The position numbers and the translations under genes are program-made. The notes below the pieces were generated by a model that searched no databases, was not told where the DNA came from, and saw nothing but the letters and a program-made list of their open reading frames with translations. Below are positions 61,307 to 64,000 of a DNA stretch of 64,000 nucleotides, piece after piece. Origin of the DNA: Lingula anatina (taxonomy: Eukaryota > Animalia > Brachiopoda). Position 1 is the first letter of the stretch; each line of letters begins with the position of its first letter. The DNA is taken from contig CM120649.1 of NCBI GenBank assembly GCA_051362555.1, positions 6,448,001-6,512,000 on the forward strand. The letters are read 5' to 3'.

Positions 61307-62491
61307 CTGATAGCTTCGCTGCCTTCTGTACGACATTAACCTCTTATCTTGAAGATCGATACGTTGGCGGTGCAGCTGCGCCCTTACGTTTTTTTTTTTC
61401 ACCCGTAGTCGGAATTATAAAAACAGTAATTAAAAGCCATGCGAGTGAATAACACAGTCTTAAACAACTTAACTGTGGAGGTAGAAGGCAGCCAACGTCC
61501 TAGAAAGACAAGATACTTGAAGATAGGGAGAGACTGTTGTTATCCCCCTAAACCACCAAAGGCGGAAGGAACCAGTCCAACAACAGGTTCCACCATTATC
61601 ACCATCACGGCAAGTCCACCGCACCATGTCCGCACGGGAGCTGTGTAATGCCAACTACGATAATGTTACGGGCTTGTAATTTCAAAAAAAAATTGTCAAC
61701 ATTTTTAACTTGACAAAATTGTAGAGCATATGGAAGCGGTGAAGCCGCACGATTTAGCCCAGACGCCGAAAGGAAAGTGATCACGGGCATGCGCAGTATA
61801 TGTGTAACGTGGGGACATCGCGTGGCAAATGTAATTATCTAAGCAAACAAAATTAAGTTGTTAATAACTTAGCGTCAATCACTTAGAAAAAAAGAAGTGC
61901 TGTGCTTCTTTATTCTGACCATGGGTGCTAAAAATCGTGCACCGACAATGTATCAATCTTCAAGGAAAGGCGTTCAGGAAACTGACACTGAAAGGGCTTC
62001 GTGTTCTCATTTTTCAGACGCAAATTTTTTTTACTTGACCTCAAGGTTATGTCGGAAAAAAGGCACGGCTCTAGCGCGTAATGTAAAATTTTCGCCGTAG
62101 TAATCCAGGATTTATAAAAAATTATCCTACTATAATTTATGTTTAATTAAAATCAAGTAATGTAATCGAGATAGCCTTAAATGTACCTTACACCAATCAT
62201 CAAATAATCGATTAATCAAAAATCCATACACAATGTTCAGTGGATGCATGATGCAATTCATACTATATGTTCAGTTTCTGAAAATAAATTTGAGGAGAAT
62301 GCATAATTACATGTACATGAAATTAATGCATTGCCTTTTGCAAATCATTGACCTCTAAGTCGTCTAATTTTTATTCATCAAATTGATAACAAATTACTTA
62401 ATTATGAAGAAAATCATGTTGTAGATAAACTATCTCACAAAGATCAATAAACATTTACAATACCTAACATACGCCACAAGACCTGTGACCA

Positions 62492-62492
<1 letters not shown>

Positions 62493-62530
<38 letters not shown>
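62493..62530. repeat. (TA)n microsatellite
   Basis: Direct inspection. Confidence 0.95.
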
Positions 62531-62531
<1 letters not shown>

Positions 62532-63109
62532 CAGTGAATCAAATAGAGAATCAAAACTAATCCAATTCTATATACTTATCTGCTCTGTCAAGCAAGAGCC
62601 TATGTAGGGACTTTGAGACTTTGATGTGGCCTTTTGTATAGAGCTCTAGTCTGCTACATGCACGAATTATTCTAACTGAATACAGAATGAAGCGTCATGA
62701 TAACCCAAACTAAAGAGCACCCAAAAACCCCGCAACGCTCCACCGCCAAATGCGGATTACTTCTCATTATTAATTAATCATACTAGAGGATCAGAGAGGC
62801 GATACCGCCTCCGGATATTGTACCACCAGCTGGAGTAAACGCATTCGAATGGAAACTCCCCCCCCCCCAAAAAAAAGGGGGACACCACAACCAGTCTTGT
62901 GCTTAACAAGCTCTGTGCAATAAACTCCATGCAAAGAATTCTCAAAACATGCAAAAAACTAAAAATGGTCCAATCAAGCGGATTTTCCAATTGACCTGTA
63001 TTTTCCTAACACTGATCACTCCTGTGATTTTCTAGACAATAGGCCTATTGGTTTTCCTTGAAATGTGTTATCAGTGTTGCATATATGCTGACAAAAGAGA
63101 AAACCTAGG

Positions 63110-63715
63110 GGCAACACTGGGCATATCTCTGCTAGTTTTGAAGATATGAGGGGCAAGAAAATATGCAAATTGCAGTTCATGGTGAAAAAGTAGGTCAATT
63201 TCAAGGTCACAATATATGACTTCCTATTCAAGTTCAATAGTAACTATGGGCAATCCTTTGTCAATTTTGGAGATATAAAGGCCAGAAAACATGCAAAGTA
63301 CAGTTCATCATAAAAAGTAGGTCAATGGTCAATTTCAAGGTCACAGTTAGATTGCCAGTATATGACTTCCTATTTAGGTTCAATAGTAACTATGGGTGTA
63401 ATTCTGCCAGTTTTCGAAATATAAGAGAAAGAAATTTTGCAAAGTTCAGTTAATGGTGAAAAGTAGGTCAAATGTCAATTGCAAGGTCACAGTTAGAATG
63501 CCAGTATATGACTTCCCACTCAAGTTCAACTGTAACTATGGACGTATCTCTGCCAGTTTTAGAGATATAAGGGCTGGAAATTTTGCAAAGTTCAGTTCAT
63601 GGTGAAAATTTGGTCAAAGGTCAATTTCAAGGTCACAGCTACATTACCAGTATATGACTTCCTATCCAAGTTCAATAGTAACTATGGGTGTATCTCTGCT
63701 TATTTTTGAGTATTT
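63110..63715 (+). repeat. ~146-bp tandem satellite of the Helentron-associated type
   Basis: ggtcaatttcaaggtcac...tatgacttccta...ttcaatagtaactatgg recurs at about 63193, 63327, 63473 and 63619. Confidence 0.88.
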
Positions 63716-64000
63716 CACATTTTATTTTCACCACTGAATATTGGATGTTGAACTTTTGATATAGTGCAATGCTTAAGCCGTATAGAAAACAAAAAAATGG
63801 ACATCACTACCAGTGTTGCACTTGACAAGTTCTACAAAATGCAAAACACAAGAGGTCTCTAGCATTAACGGTTCCATAATCAGAGAGTTTTCAGTTTTGG
63901 CTTCTAATGGCCGCTACTACCAAGAAAATGCACCGATTGACCCCAAACTCATGAAAATGAAAGATGACCCTTAGGGTAACACCTGACCATAAATATTATA

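Noticed and set aside
1-64000. tRNA, rRNA or snRNA genes
   Set aside because: None recognised by eye; tRNAscan-SE and Infernal would be needed to exclude them.

Overview
AT-rich, intron-containing animal (invertebrate-like) genomic DNA; no prokaryotic features. Genes assembled by hand from splice signals: a THAP-domain first exon; a frameshifted C2H2 zinc-finger exon; a tandem pair of spermidine/spermine N1-acetyltransferase (SAT) genes, one split in its last exon by a 5.45-kb CACTA-type transposon; a 4-exon, 268-aa secreted glycoprotein with the hallmarks of an Unpaired/IL-6-family helical cytokine, behind a TATA promoter dense in STAT and NF-kB sites; a single-coding-exon FMRFamide-receptor-like GPCR; ARGLU1; and a tandem pair of PAN/apple + fibrinogen-domain lectins (one frameshifted by a 7-bp deletion) followed by the orphan upstream region of a third copy. 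Mobile DNA includes a 604-bp TIR element with an 8-bp TSD carrying a RecQ helicase fragment, several MITE families, two P-like excision footprints, Helentron-type satellite arrays, and Tc1, Penelope and L2/CR1-type LINE remnants. The best candidate for an undescribed system is the putative invertebrate JAK/STAT cytokine at 25359-27216 with its promoter. All family assignments come from motif recognition, not from database searches.
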